Positions 24,201 through 34,678 of a stretch of DNA of 64,000 nt are shown here, piece by piece. The stretch is from the NCBI GenBank assembly GCA_963802945.1, contig CAWDKY010000033.1:1-64000 (forward strand), read 5' to 3'. A program made the translations under genes and the position numbers. This stretch comes from an uncultured delta proteobacterium (GTDB taxonomy: Bacteria > Desulfobacterota > RBG-13-43-22). Position 1 is the stretch's first letter; every line of letters begins with the position of its first letter. The notes under the pieces were generated by a model, which worked only from the letters and a program-made list of their open reading frames with translations, made no database searches and was not told the DNA's origin.

Positions 24201-24817
24201 TTCAATAACCGATCCAGATAATTTTTCAGAACAGGATACGAAATCTTCCCAACAACTTTTTGCTCACGTCCTTGAGCGTAAAGAAAAAAAGTAGGTGTTG
24301 ACACAACCTGACGTTCTTTGGCCGAGGCTATTTTCTGGTCGATGATTTGATTAATAGATGGGCCCTTGAGAAAATTCTTGACTTTGGTCATCTCCTCCGC
24401 TGAAAGTACACCCGCCACTACGGCCTCAATCTTCCCATCCTCCGTCCACTTCAGCTGATCCACATATAGGGCCTCATGCACCCGCAGCCACTGATCCTGA
24501 CCGAGACGGGAAGCGGCCATAGCATACCGGGATGCCTCATAGGCATATTTGTGGACTCGCAGGGGAAAATCGTGATAAAGGACACAGACTTTATTGTCAC
24601 CTCCGTATTCTTTGAGTAACGGCCTAATCGTTTCAAGATAAAACTCCCGGCAAGTCGGACACTGATAATCAGAGAACACCTCGATCCTTATGGGTGCGCT
24701 GGGCTGTCCGCCCAGGTACAGGTCTTTAGACGTATTGGTGCCGGTTTGCGCTGCCAGCGAAGATATCGCAGCCAGCATGAGAAACAGGACCATCAAAAAC
24801 CGCATATAAAAATTCAT
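24197..24817 (-). CDS. Exported DsbA-family thioredoxin
   Basis: Signal peptide, FSDYQCPTC, HDFPL, TPTFF. Confidence 0.88.
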   Translation of the reverse strand: MNFYMRFLMVLFLMLAAISSLAAQTGTNTSKDLYLGGQPSAPIRIEVFSDYQCPTCREFYLETIRPLLKEYGGDNKVCVLYHDFPLRVHKYAYEASRYAMAASRLGQDQWLRVHEALYVDQLKWTEDGKIEAVVAGVLSAEEMTKVKNFLKGPSINQIIDQKIASAKERQVVSTPTFFLYAQGREQKVVGKISYPVLKNYLDRLLK

Positions 24818-25043
24818 TGATCTCCCCTATGCCTCTCGCCCTTGGATATCATTTAATGTTTGTTTGTCGGAAAAATTATAAAACATTTAGGCCCGGAGGG
24901 CAAGGAAGAAAATAGGATCCCTAAGGCAAGTCCCTTTTAGGTTCTTATACTTTTTAATCTAAAAATTTATTTCTAACTTTTTATCTTAGAGAAACCTCCC
25001 GAGACTGAGAGAAAAACTTCAAATATCTTTGGCTAGTATTCGA

Positions 25044-25841
25044 TTAAAACTTTTTCACCCGGTTGGTTCCTACATTCTTCCGGTTCTGTCTTACTATCTC
25101 ATATAAGACCACAGCGCAGGCTACTGAGGCATTAAGGGAAGAAACAGTCCCTTGCATGGGAATAGAAGCCATCCAGTCGGAGCGTTTCCGAACCAAAGGG
25201 CCGACTCCTTTGGATTCCGCTCCCACCACGACTACCAGCGGCACATGAAGCTCCAGGTCAAACAGAGAAACGGTTGATTTGGCCTCCAGTCCGAGGACCC
25301 AGAACCCTTTCTCTTTCAATGAGTCCAATGCCCTGACCAGATTGGTGACTTGAGCCAAAGGCATATATTCCAAGGCCCCGGCAGCGGCCTTACGCACCGT
25401 GCCGGACACCGGACAGGATCGATCCTTGGGAAAAATAATCCCTTGAACACCGGCACAATAAGCGGTCCGTATGATAGCCCCGAAATTCTGCGGATCATGG
25501 ATGTGATCCAAGGCCAGCAGCACCGGATCGGGCCTTTGATCAAAGGCAATCCGAGAGATCAGAGTTTCCAGGGAAATCAAGGACGAATCGGTTTTTAACT
25601 GAGCGGCCACAGCCTGATGAGCAGGGACCGGCAACATACGGTCGATCTTTTTCCTATCCTGTAAAGAAACAGAAATCCCGGCTTGAGCAGACAAAGCCAG
25701 TATTTCCTTCCGCAGCGGATCTTTCTCAGGAGGACTCATAATCACTTGCTTGACGCTCTGGGGATGGACTTTAAGGAGTTCCAGGACGGCTTGTTTTCCC
25801 CAGACCCATTGGGAAAAATCCTTTTGCATGGAATTGGTCAT
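25044..25841 (-). CDS. rlmB: 23S rRNA (guanosine-2'-O)-methyltransferase, RlmB/TrmH family
   Basis: DPQNFGAIIRTA, VVGAESKG, IPMQGTVSSLNASVA. Confidence 0.88.
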   Translation of the reverse strand: MTNSMQKDFSQWVWGKQAVLELLKVHPQSVKQVIMSPPEKDPLRKEILALSAQAGISVSLQDRKKIDRMLPVPAHQAVAAQLKTDSSLISLETLISRIAFDQRPDPVLLALDHIHDPQNFGAIIRTAYCAGVQGIIFPKDRSCPVSGTVRKAAAGALEYMPLAQVTNLVRALDSLKEKGFWVLGLEAKSTVSLFDLELHVPLVVVVGAESKGVGPLVRKRSDWMASIPMQGTVSSLNASVACAVVLYEIVRQNRKNVGTNRVKKF

Positions 25842-25891
25842 AGTTATCTTTACCCTTTCTTTTCCTGAATCAAATAAAAACTCCCTCCACC

Positions 25892-27523
25892 TTACTTCTT
25901 CTGACCTGCAGGCTCGGCAACGAAATGTTGTTTGCGCAGGGGTACTTCTTTAATAAAAAGACTGACGATAAAGGCAAAAAGAATCAAGAAAAAGGCCATG
26001 CTGAAAACCTGTGATATGGCTAAAGCCAGGGCCTGTCGCAAGGATAGCAACAACTGTTGATAAGCAGCCGCCCCTTGACCTCCAAAACCGTCAAACAGGG
26101 CTTTTAATTTCATCTGGGCCTTCGGACTTACCAGTATCTGCGGATTGTGTGTTAATAAAAATATCTGTTTCGGTGTAATGATCCCCTTCAAGGCAGGTGG
26201 CAGATGCAGGATGAAATAAGAATGAAACTGATTATTCAGCACAGCACCAAAGATGGCCAGGCCCAGGGTCCCGCCGATCGATCGGGCAAAGACCACGAGA
26301 GAAGTGGCGACACCGAGAACCTGATAGGGAACCGTATTCTGCACAGCTATCGTATAGCAGGGCATAATCATTCCTATACCCACACCCGTCAAGACAATAT
26401 TAATCACGGCCCCAGTAAAACTGGTTTGAAACGTCATTCTGGAAAGCAACCCCATCCCAAGAGCCATGGTCAGCAAACCGATCATCCCTTGAAGGCGGTA
26501 ATGCCCCCCGGCCCGGGATAAAAACTGCCCTGAGGCAAAACTGCCTAAGACCAGCCCCAGCTGCATCGGGGTCAAGAAGCTTCCGCTGATCGTCGCCGAA
26601 GCCCCCAAGACGCCCTGAAAAAAAAGAGGGATGAAAATCAAGCTGCCGAACATCCCCATACCCATCAAAAATATAATAATCTGAGAATTCTTAAAAATTT
26701 TATTTTTATAAAGCGATAAAGGAATGAGCGGCTCCTCGCTTCTGGTTTCAATGATCAGAAAAAGGATGACCATAACAACTGAGAGAGCCAGGAGTCCCAG
26801 AATCGGAGCTGAAATCCAGGGCTGGTCAACCCCTCCCCAGGACAAGGCCAACATCGCCGGTACGAGGGCCAGTATAAGGGTGACAACCCCTGGAAAGTCC
26901 ACTTGGCGCTTCAGGCCTTCCGTTCGTATATCCGGGAAAAAGAAAAAAATGAGGATAACAACCGAAACCCCCAAAGGAATATTCACCCAAAAAACCCAAT
27001 GCCAGGAAAGAACATCGGTGATAAATCCTCCCAAAGTTGGGCCGATAATGGAAGAGAGGCCCATGATGCCTGTCATGAGCCCGGAATATTTTCCCCGTTC
27101 GGCAGGAGGGAAGATATCGGCCACGATGGCCACGGTATTGGACATCATCATGCCGGCCCCGATTCCCTGAAAACCCCGAAACAAAATGAGCTGGGTCATG
27201 GTTTGGCTCAAACCGGAAAGCAGGGATCCGAAGATAAAAATCCCCTGGCCCAGGAGATATAATCGCTTTCGGCCGAAGATATCGGAAAGTTTGCCGGCAA
27301 TAGGCACGGTGACGGTGGAAGTGATTAAAAAGGCCGTGGCCACCCAGGTATAATGGGCGAATCCACCCAACTCCATAATAATACGCGGCATGGCCGTGCC
27401 TATGACCGTCTGGTTTAGGGAGCTCATGAACATGGAAAGCATGGCCCCGGCCAAGGTAACCATCTTCTGCTGTCTGGTCAATGCCGTTGGGGACGTGGGG
27501 GCGTTAAAAACTTCGGCGGTCAT
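25892..27523 (-). CDS. DHA2 (EmrB/QacA-like) MFS drug:H+ antiporter
   Basis: 14-TM pattern, GKLSDIFGRK, WHWVFWVNIP. Confidence 0.92.
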   Translation of the reverse strand: MTAEVFNAPTSPTALTRQQKMVTLAGAMLSMFMSSLNQTVIGTAMPRIIMELGGFAHYTWVATAFLITSTVTVPIAGKLSDIFGRKRLYLLGQGIFIFGSLLSGLSQTMTQLILFRGFQGIGAGMMMSNTVAIVADIFPPAERGKYSGLMTGIMGLSSIIGPTLGGFITDVLSWHWVFWVNIPLGVSVVILIFFFFPDIRTEGLKRQVDFPGVVTLILALVPAMLALSWGGVDQPWISAPILGLLALSVVMVILFLIIETRSEEPLIPLSLYKNKIFKNSQIIIFLMGMGMFGSLIFIPLFFQGVLGASATISGSFLTPMQLGLVLGSFASGQFLSRAGGHYRLQGMIGLLTMALGMGLLSRMTFQTSFTGAVINIVLTGVGIGMIMPCYTIAVQNTVPYQVLGVATSLVVFARSIGGTLGLAIFGAVLNNQFHSYFILHLPPALKGIITPKQIFLLTHNPQILVSPKAQMKLKALFDGFGGQGAAAYQQLLLSLRQALALAISQVFSMAFFLILFAFIVSLFIKEVPLRKQHFVAEPAGQKK

Positions 27524-27705
27524 AGGTTCGGTCCAGGCGAAAAGAAATTCGATTTTTAGGAAGGCGGTGATTAACTATGGAAATAGGGTTCCAAGACTCG
27601 AGGGTTCGATCCCGTCTTAGGCGAAATTTAAGTCCTTCTAAATAATTTCTTGGGTCCGCTCCAGGCATGAGAACTTAGATTGAAAAACTAAAGATGATAT
27701 GAGGT

Positions 27706-27747
27706 CTCTTGAAGCTCCCTGCACAAAAAGCAGGAAGCCTCAAGAGA
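27706..27747 (-). terminator. Hairpin downstream of the thiolase gene
   Basis: ctcttgaagctccctgc / gcaggaagcctcaagag imperfect stem. Confidence 0.5.
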
Positions 27748-27779
27748 ATTTAGGGTGAAAACCGAATACTGAATTACAA

Positions 27780-28958
27780 TTATTTTATTTTTTCAATGAC
27801 CACGGCGTTGGAATTTCCAAAACCGCCACAAAGTGAAGCCAAGCCATATTTTTCATTGGGATAATCCGTCTTCATCCGGTTCAGGAGGGTAACCAGGATA
27901 CGGGCCCCGGATTCCCCAAGCGGGTGACCCAAGGCAATGGCGCCGCCCCAGGTATTGACTTTTTTGAAGGGGGCGTTGTCGTTATCCAATTTTAATTCCC
28001 TGATGCAGACAAGGGCTTGGCTGGCAAAGGCCTCATTAAGTTCAACCGCACCAATGTCGCTGGCCTTTAATCCCGTTTTTTCAAAGAGCTTTCTGACGGA
28101 ATAAATCGGACCGAGGCCCATAACAGTCGGATCATTGCCGGCCTGGGCACCGAATTTATATTTATAATTATAGGAAAGGCCCAATTGGTCGGCCTTGTCA
28201 CGACTCATCATCAGCAGAAGGGCCGCCCCGGCAGTCAACGGCGATGACAAGGCGGCCGTAATCTTACCGTTTTCCTTGAAGGGGGTCTTCATGGCCTTCA
28301 TGTCGTCCGCACTCCATTTATCCCGGATCCATTGATCACGGTCCACCATAAATTCGGTCCCGTCTTCTTTCAAACCCTTCACCGGGATAAGCTCGTTCTT
28401 AAATCTTCCGGTATCTCTGGCCATCTTGGCGCCCTGCAGGGAAAAAATGGCGAAGTTAATCATGTCATCCACGGAAAGATTGTATAGGTCAGCCACTTTT
28501 TCGGCAGTGTTCCCCATGGGAAGCTCTGCCGGATTGTATCGGTTATAGAGCCTGGGAGACAAATCCATATTAGCCATCATAGGCACTTTCTCCATGTCCT
28601 CTGCCCCACCGGAGATCATGATATCCGTCTCGCCGGTCATGATGGCCCGGGCGGCATCCATGGTCGCCGACATGCCTGAAGGACATTGATTACAGATGGT
28701 CTGTGATGGAACGCTTTCCGGGAGTCCTGAAGCCAACCAGGAAGCCCTGGCAATATCATTTTGCACGCCGGAAGGATTGGCAGATCCGATAAATACACCC
28801 TCCACCATCTCCGGTTTTATCTTGGGATTCCTTTCAAAAAGAGCATTGTAAAGAACAGTGAGCAATTCATCCGGCCTGACATTTCTAAACCATCCTTTTT
28901 CATTATGAGCCCGGGCATTGGATGTCCGGACACCATCGATAAATACACATTCTTTCAT
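27780..28958 (-). CDS. Thiolase (acetyl-CoA C-acyltransferase)
   Basis: NQCPSGM, NEAFA, GHPLG, CGGFG. Confidence 0.93.
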   Translation of the reverse strand: MKECVFIDGVRTSNARAHNEKGWFRNVRPDELLTVLYNALFERNPKIKPEMVEGVFIGSANPSGVQNDIARASWLASGLPESVPSQTICNQCPSGMSATMDAARAIMTGETDIMISGGAEDMEKVPMMANMDLSPRLYNRYNPAELPMGNTAEKVADLYNLSVDDMINFAIFSLQGAKMARDTGRFKNELIPVKGLKEDGTEFMVDRDQWIRDKWSADDMKAMKTPFKENGKITAALSSPLTAGAALLLMMSRDKADQLGLSYNYKYKFGAQAGNDPTVMGLGPIYSVRKLFEKTGLKASDIGAVELNEAFASQALVCIRELKLDNDNAPFKKVNTWGGAIALGHPLGESGARILVTLLNRMKTDYPNEKYGLASLCGGFGNSNAVVIEKIK

Positions 28959-28979
28959 TTTTTCCTCCTCCTTAAATCA

Positions 28980-29744
28980 TTATTCCCCTTTAAAATTGGG
29001 TTTCCGTTTTTCCATGAAAGCCGAGAAACCTTCCATGGCATCTTTTGATCCGGCCACAAAATTGAGGCCTTCTAATTCCGCCTTGGTTCCCTCATCCAGC
29101 CCCTTTTCCATACCTACTTTGACGGCGTTAAGTACGGCCTTGACAGCCAGCGGCGGACGAGCGGCCAAAAATTCGGCCATTTCCATCACGTCTTTCATCA
29201 ATTCACCGACTTTGGAAACCTTGTCCACCAGGCCGATTTCCAGTGCCTCCGGACCGGTGAGGCGTTTGCTGAAGAGGATCAATTCCAAGGCCTTGGACTT
29301 TCCAAGTATCCTGGGCATACGCTGGGTTCCGCCCCATCCCGGGATGATACCCAGGTTAAGCTCGGTCAGGCCGATTCTGGCGTTTTCCTGCATAACTCTG
29401 AAGGTAGAGGCCATAGCCAGTTCGCAACCGCCGCCGAAGGCATAGCCATTGATGGCGGCAATTACCGGTTTCGAAAACCGATCGATCCTTGTCCAGACGA
29501 TCTGCCCTTTGGGACCGGTCTGCCCTGCGCCGGCCGGATCGGAGACATCAAAACCGGCTGAGAACCCCTTTTCGCCGGCCCCCGTGATAATAAGCACCCG
29601 GACTTCCTTGTCGGCCTCAACATCATCGAGGGCTTTATCAATGTCCAGTAAGGTTGCCAGATTCACTGCATTGGCCGGCGGACGATTCAGGGTCAGGGTA
29701 GCGATATGCCCCTGTTTGCTGTAAAGTATGTTCTGAAATTCCAT
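28980..29744 (-). CDS. Enoyl-CoA hydratase (crotonase family)
   Basis: FSAGFD, GGGCELA, PGWGGTQR. Confidence 0.93.
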   Translation of the reverse strand: MEFQNILYSKQGHIATLTLNRPPANAVNLATLLDIDKALDDVEADKEVRVLIITGAGEKGFSAGFDVSDPAGAGQTGPKGQIVWTRIDRFSKPVIAAINGYAFGGGCELAMASTFRVMQENARIGLTELNLGIIPGWGGTQRMPRILGKSKALELILFSKRLTGPEALEIGLVDKVSKVGELMKDVMEMAEFLAARPPLAVKAVLNAVKVGMEKGLDEGTKAELEGLNFVAGSKDAMEGFSAFMEKRKPNFKGE

Positions 29745-29853
29745 CTATTCCTCCTCCTTTTTATATTTAATCAATCTACCTTTATGCTCTATATAAAATT
29801 ACGCCGATTTTATACGCAGAAACCATTAAATAACAGGCAACCTGCTCTAACTT

Positions 29854-29906
29854 CCGAACGCTCGTTCACTTTTAAATAATTAACATAGCCCCGAATGAAA
29901 AGTCAA
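29854..29906 (-). promoter_or_regulatory. Sigma70-like promoter with a downstream palindromic operator for the crotonase-thiolase operon
   Basis: Minus strand TTGACT-N17-TTAATT, followed by TGAACGAGCGTTCGG (GAACG-N2-CGTTC dyad). Confidence 0.55.
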
Positions 29907-30026
29907 GGCAAATAAAGGGCTTTCATTCTCTTTCTTTTTAAGAAAAAATGTGACATAGTTTATGAGAAAATAAACCCGCATTGTTGAGAAAAGGCGGGCA
30001 AAATGAACAAGGTGAGCAAACGTTAA

Positions 30027-30113
30027 AAGGTTCAAGGCTTAAGGTCCAAGATAAAACCGTATACCTTACACCTTAGACTTTATACCGTGAAATCATTTGA
30101 ATCCTTGAACCCT
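30027..30113. repeat. 7/8-nt-period inverted repeat (AAGGTTC ... GAACCCT)
   Basis: aaggttc aaggctt aaggtcc aag ... taccttacaccttagacttta ... ttgaatccttgaaccct. Confidence 0.6.
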
Positions 30114-30149
30114 ATTCTCTAACTAAAAAATGACAAGGACAGACAGTTC

Positions 30150-31580
30150 ATGAAAGCTTTGGATCTTGATTTTTTATTCCATCCCCAATCGATCGCCATC
30201 GCCGGGGTGAAGGACATTAATGTTCAATTTAATACCGGCCTGATGTTTTTAAAAGCGCTGACCAAGTTTGGTTATCCAGGCAAGATATATCCCCTCAACC
30301 CCAGTGGCGGAGAAGTAATGGGTCTGAAGATTTACAAAACGGTTAAGGATATTCCCGACCACGTGGATTATCTCATATCCGCGGTCCCTTCAAAAAATAC
30401 ACCTCAACTGGTAGCCGACGCAGCCGTCAAGGGTGTAAAGGCCATACATTTTTTCACCTCCGGCTTCGGCGAAATTGAGAATGCTGAAGGGCAAAGATTA
30501 CAGGAAGAAATACTTGGGATAGCCCGCCGGGGAGGTATCCGGATTATCGGCCCCAACTGCCTGGGACTTTATTGCCCTAAGGGAGGGTTGACCTTTAATC
30601 CGGATGTGTCCAAGGAAAGCGGGCCGGTGGGCATGATTTCTCAAAGCGGAGGAAATGCTTCGCATGCTATCGCCGAAGGAAATTCCAGAGGGGTTTGTTT
30701 CAGCAAAATCATCAGTATGGGTAACGGCGCTGATCTCAATGAGTCGGATTATCTGGAGTATTTAACGCACGACCCGGACACAAAAATAATCACCGCCTAT
30801 ATTGAAGGGATCAAAGACGGCCCCCGTTTTTTGAAGGCCATTAAAGCCGCTGCAAAAATAAAACCGGTAATCATTTTTAAAGTCGGGACTTCCGAATCCG
30901 GGGCGGAGGCCGCCGTCTCTCACACCACGGCTCTGGCCGGCGCAAGTCAAGTCTGGGAAGGGCTATTAAAACAGGCCGGTGCCATTCAGGTGGACAGCAT
31001 CGAGGAAATGATCGATGTGGCCGTGGCTTTTCTTTATTTGCCTCCACCCAAAGGAAGAAATACGGTGATCGTGGGCATTGGGGGAGGGGCCAGCGTTATT
31101 GCCGCCGATGAGTTTTCCCAGGCGGGCCTGACCTTGCCCAGATTCTCCAAGAAATCTCGTCAGAAATTACTCGGTTTTTATTCTTCAGAAGCCGGCCGGA
31201 TTTTTAAAAATCCCGTGGATATGAATAATCTTGAAAGCCAGGAAGCCTTTCTTGAAACCATGAAGGTTATTGAGAATGACGGCCATGTGGATTTGATGGT
31301 CTTGCATGTCGCTTTCGACCATTTTGGCCTGGCCAGTGAAGAAGATAAAGCTCTTATGATCGGGGTTTACCATGCCCTTATGCTCGATTTAAAAAATAAA
31401 ATCAAAAAACCTCTGGCCATTATTTTGCACTCCTTTGTCAGTGAATCGGCCAGGAAGCTGGCCTTCGAACTGCAGGACTCATTTACTAAAGCGGGATTTG
31501 CCGTTTTCCCTTCGATCCGGCGAGCAGCCATCACCTTGAGTAAATTCATCCGCTATCAGGAACGGCTGACTACCTTGTAA
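30150..31580 (+). CDS. ADP-forming acyl-CoA synthetase alpha subunit (CoA-binding protein)
   Basis: FHPQSIAIAG, GPNCLG, SQSGG, SHT phospho-His motif, NPVD. Confidence 0.88.
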   Translation: MKALDLDFLFHPQSIAIAGVKDINVQFNTGLMFLKALTKFGYPGKIYPLNPSGGEVMGLKIYKTVKDIPDHVDYLISAVPSKNTPQLVADAAVKGVKAIHFFTSGFGEIENAEGQRLQEEILGIARRGGIRIIGPNCLGLYCPKGGLTFNPDVSKESGPVGMISQSGGNASHAIAEGNSRGVCFSKIISMGNGADLNESDYLEYLTHDPDTKIITAYIEGIKDGPRFLKAIKAAAKIKPVIIFKVGTSESGAEAAVSHTTALAGASQVWEGLLKQAGAIQVDSIEEMIDVAVAFLYLPPPKGRNTVIVGIGGGASVIAADEFSQAGLTLPRFSKKSRQKLLGFYSSEAGRIFKNPVDMNNLESQEAFLETMKVIENDGHVDLMVLHVAFDHFGLASEEDKALMIGVYHALMLDLKNKIKKPLAIILHSFVSESARKLAFELQDSFTKAGFAVFPSIRRAAITLSKFIRYQERLTTL

Positions 31581-31678
31581 TCATGGCGTTAAAAACATCT
31601 TGACCTCCTTTCCGGGACTATTTTATACTTTCCACATCCAATCCGAACTTTAATAAGGATAAAGTAAAACTCTTTTTC

Positions 31679-31893
31679 CAGGTTGCTCAAAAAGGTCCAG
31701 ATACAAGGCACCCGAAACCGGGAACCCGCCCCGAAGGGGTGGGACTGAGCGTTGCCCTTTACGCGAAGAAATCCCGAGGAATGAGTCGTACATAGAAGTA
31801 CGTCGCATAAGCCTGCCCCGCTGAAAGGCGGGGAGGGATGAGGGCAATCCCGCCGTTGGCGGGATTGATAGGCTTTTTTCAGCAACCTGTTAA
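31679..31893 (+). mobile_element. MITE-like repeat, family A, best-preserved copy
   Basis: Terminal inverted repeats CAGGTTGCTCAAAAAG / CTTTTTTCAGCAACCTG; internal nested palindromes; no credible ORF. Confidence 0.8.
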
Positions 31894-31904
31894 TAGGATA
31901 ATTT

Positions 31905-33278
31905 ATGATCCCTTCTCCTTTACTCGCCGAATTAAAAACCATCTTTCCTCAGGAGCGCTGTTCTACGGGTGAATCGAATAGGAATCTTCACGGTTGCGAT
32001 GAATCCTTTCACACCCCTTGTCCGCCGGACGTGGTCCTCTGGCCCACCAGTACGGAAGAAGTGCAGAAGGTTCTTACCCTGGCCAACGAACATAAAAGCC
32101 CGGTTACCGCCTGGGGGGCCGGCACCAGTTTGGAAGGCAATCCCATTCCGGTCCAGGCAGGGATCGTTTTGAATTTCAATCAAATGAATCACATCTTAAA
32201 CCTTCGTTTAGCGGATCTACAAGTGGATCTGGAGCCGGGTGTGATTTATCAGGATCTGAATGAACACTGCCGTCCACACGGTCTTTTTTTTCCTCCTGAT
32301 CCCGGGGCCAGGGCGACGATCGGAGGCATGATAGGCAACAACGCCAGCGGAATCCGCACGGTTCGCTATGGTGCGACCAGGGATTATGTTCAGGCCCTGG
32401 AGGTAGTCCTGGTCGATGGATCTTTAATCCGAGTTGGCACCCAGGCCATAAAGAGTTCTTCAGGTTATGACCTTTGCCGCCTTTTTGTCGGCTCGGAAGG
32501 AACCCTGGGGATCGTGACCCAGGCAACCCTCCGACTGGTGGGTTTTCCCGAACATTTCTTATCGGCCGTGGCCACCTTTTCAACCACGCGCCAGGCCACA
32601 GAAACCGTTCATCAGATCATGATCGGCGGGCTTTCTCCGGCTGCCTTGGAACTCCTTACTCCCGAAGTCATTGCCCTTTTAAATAGGGAAAGGAACTTGG
32701 GGCTGGTTGAAGCACCGACCCTGTTTATGGAATTCCATGGGGCCGGTGAACAAGCCTTGAGCTATACCCTTGACCTAGTCCAGGACCTATGCCTGGAAAA
32801 CGGCGGGACAGGTTTTCAAGCAGGCCTGGGGCTTTCCGAGCGCAACCGCCTCTGGGAAGCCCGATATCAGACCTTTGAAACCATCAAACGGGCTCATCCC
32901 GGCTTTTCTTTTTTGATTGTGGATACGGCTGTCCCTATTTCCCGTTATCCGGAAATGGTGGAATTTGCCAGGGAGCTTTTAATCACCAAAGGGCAGTTGG
33001 GCTATGTCTTCGGCCACGCCGGTGATGGAAATCTCCATATGGCTCTGGCAGGCAAGAGAACGGAAACCAGAAATTGGGAAACCACGCAGGAGGTTAATCA
33101 GGCAGTGGTGTCTCAAGCCCTTCTTTTAAAAGGCACCGCTACCGGGGAACACGGCATTGGAATCGGCAAAAGGGTTTTTATGGAAGCCGAACACGGTCCT
33201 TCCCTGACTCTCATGCGCAGGATCAAAGAACTGTTCGATCCCAATCACATCTTGAATCCGGGCAAAATACTTCCTTAA
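31905..33278 (+). CDS. FAD-linked oxidase (D-lactate dehydrogenase/GlcD-like)
   Basis: GAGTSLEG, PPDPG, GSEGTLG, GHAGDGNLH, GEHGIG, LNPGK. Confidence 0.92.
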   Translation: MIPSPLLAELKTIFPQERCSTGESNRNLHGCDESFHTPCPPDVVLWPTSTEEVQKVLTLANEHKSPVTAWGAGTSLEGNPIPVQAGIVLNFNQMNHILNLRLADLQVDLEPGVIYQDLNEHCRPHGLFFPPDPGARATIGGMIGNNASGIRTVRYGATRDYVQALEVVLVDGSLIRVGTQAIKSSSGYDLCRLFVGSEGTLGIVTQATLRLVGFPEHFLSAVATFSTTRQATETVHQIMIGGLSPAALELLTPEVIALLNRERNLGLVEAPTLFMEFHGAGEQALSYTLDLVQDLCLENGGTGFQAGLGLSERNRLWEARYQTFETIKRAHPGFSFLIVDTAVPISRYPEMVEFARELLITKGQLGYVFGHAGDGNLHMALAGKRTETRNWETTQEVNQAVVSQALLLKGTATGEHGIGIGKRVFMEAEHGPSLTLMRRIKELFDPNHILNPGKILP

Positions 33279-33333
33279 AGAAAGAATAACATTAACCGTC
33301 TCATTGCGATATGGACACGGGGAAAACCTATTC

Positions 33334-34158
33334 ATGAATACTGAAAAAATCCCCGGCCCATCGATTTATCAGGAAGCGGCTAAGTGGTATCAATCCGAAT
33401 CCCTACAAACCCTGCGGGATAACTTTATCGAACTCATCCACCAGCATGACGTTCCCTATGCGGAAAATATCTTAAAAACCAACGATTGGGTCAATTATTG
33501 TTATTATTGCAGTCTGGTCCATTCTTTTGTGGCCGATCCGTCGGCCTTGATCATCGATTGAGGCGGGCTCTATGGCCATATCACGATGATGCTTCGGACC
33601 ATAGGTTATCAGAATGTCTTTAATTACCTCCTTCACCAAACGCCCCATTATTCCTTATTTGAAGAAGAGTTGAAGATTCCTACTTTGTGGGGCCGGGATC
33701 CGAACCGACTTGTCTTGGACACTAATTCCGTGGATGGTTTTATCTCTTCCGGGGTGCTGGAGCATGTTCGAGAGGACGGCCTTGGGAAGGAGGAAATGAT
33801 CCTCCAGGAAATCCATCGGATCTTAAAAGAAGGCGGTTTATTTTTTATCTGGAATCTGCCGGCCAAACTGGGGACATCAGAGCTACTGGCCATGATAACC
33901 GGAAAATGGCATCATCAATACCAGTATTGGAGAAAGGATATTGTTCGATTGCTTCGAAAAGCAAATTTCGACATCCTTTATTTCGACAAGCATAAATTTT
34001 TCCCCGGGGCGGTTATGGCTTTTTTGGAAAAAGGCATAGATCCCATCCGGGTCCTGCATTTTGACAACCGTCTTTCCCGCACGATTCCTTTTAACATTTT
34101 TGCCCGAGGTTTCGCCCTCGTTGCTCGAAAAAAGCCGGCTCATCATAATAACAAATAA
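33334..34158 (+). pseudogene. Class I SAM methyltransferase interrupted by an in-frame TGA at 33559
   Basis: Both ORFs share a frame and read LIID*GGLYG (motif I), SSGVLEHV, EIHRILKEGG. Confidence 0.7.
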
Positions 34159-34298
34159 GAAATCTTTATTTTTAAGAGAGGCCCCATGATCACAAAAGCT
34201 GGGGATATCGCTTTCTTCTGTCAGTGAATCCGGGACTGGTGGACAGAGGATTATTGAGGCAAAAGGTTATCTTTCGTCAAAAACCTAAAACCTTAACA

Positions 34299-34335
34299 GT
34301 GTCCCCATTTCCAAATTATTAGGGAGGGGTTAGGC
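34299..34335 (-). other. Truncated attC (R'' GCCTAAC only) running into a GGGGACAC motif
   Basis: Minus strand GCCTAAC-ccctccctaataatttggaaat-GGGGACAC; the R'' is exactly complementary to this cassette's 5' core GTTAGGC. Confidence 0.6.
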
Positions 34336-34366
34336 GAACGATTTCGTTTTGCCAAAACTTCGGTTT

Positions 34367-34537
34367 TTAACGAGATGAGCGTCGTATGAGTATCAAAACA
34401 CCGACTAAAATAATAATTAACGGCCACCACTGGGCCACGAGTGGACCAAGGTGCGGCAGCCAACCAAAATTGGACAGAAGAAAAATGAGCCCCAACACAA
34501 TTAAAATGTATGCCCCAAACTGAGATCTTGCCCTCAT
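34367..34537 (-). CDS. 56-aa membrane protein (LiaF/DUF5668-like), gene cassette
   Basis: Below the ORF-track length cutoff. AGGAGG RBS, then MRARSQFGAYILIVLGLIFLLSNFGWLPHLGPLVAQWWPLIIILVGVLILIRRSSR*. Confidence 0.8.
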   Translation of the reverse strand: MRARSQFGAYILIVLGLIFLLSNFGWLPHLGPLVAQWWPLIIILVGVLILIRRSSR

Positions 34538-34569
34538 AAAGCCTCCTAAGTAAGATAGCCTTCCTAAGT

Positions 34570-34678
34570 GCCTAACCCTCGTGGCAGCAGCGGCCGAATG
34601 GTTTGCTGGAAATTTTACACTTTCATCGGTTTATATATCACCGCAGCCATTATTCCGCAAATGATATATTTATTCGGC
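34570..34678 (-). other. Degenerate attC site
   Basis: R''-like GCCGAAT overlapping the upstream stop, partial stem GCGG..AATGG/CCATT..CCGC, R' GTTAGGC; 109 bp. Confidence 0.6.

Noticed and set aside
29856-29867. GAAC-N4-GTTC as a LexA box
   Set aside because: That is the Gram-positive LexA consensus, and the site precedes acyl-CoA genes; a metabolic repressor site is more plausible.
31589-31942. ORFs of 117 and 65 aa here, plus 44164-44373, 63289-63486 and 39501-39908
   Set aside because: They are translations of MITE/REP repeats (e.g. WIPAFAGMT), not genes.
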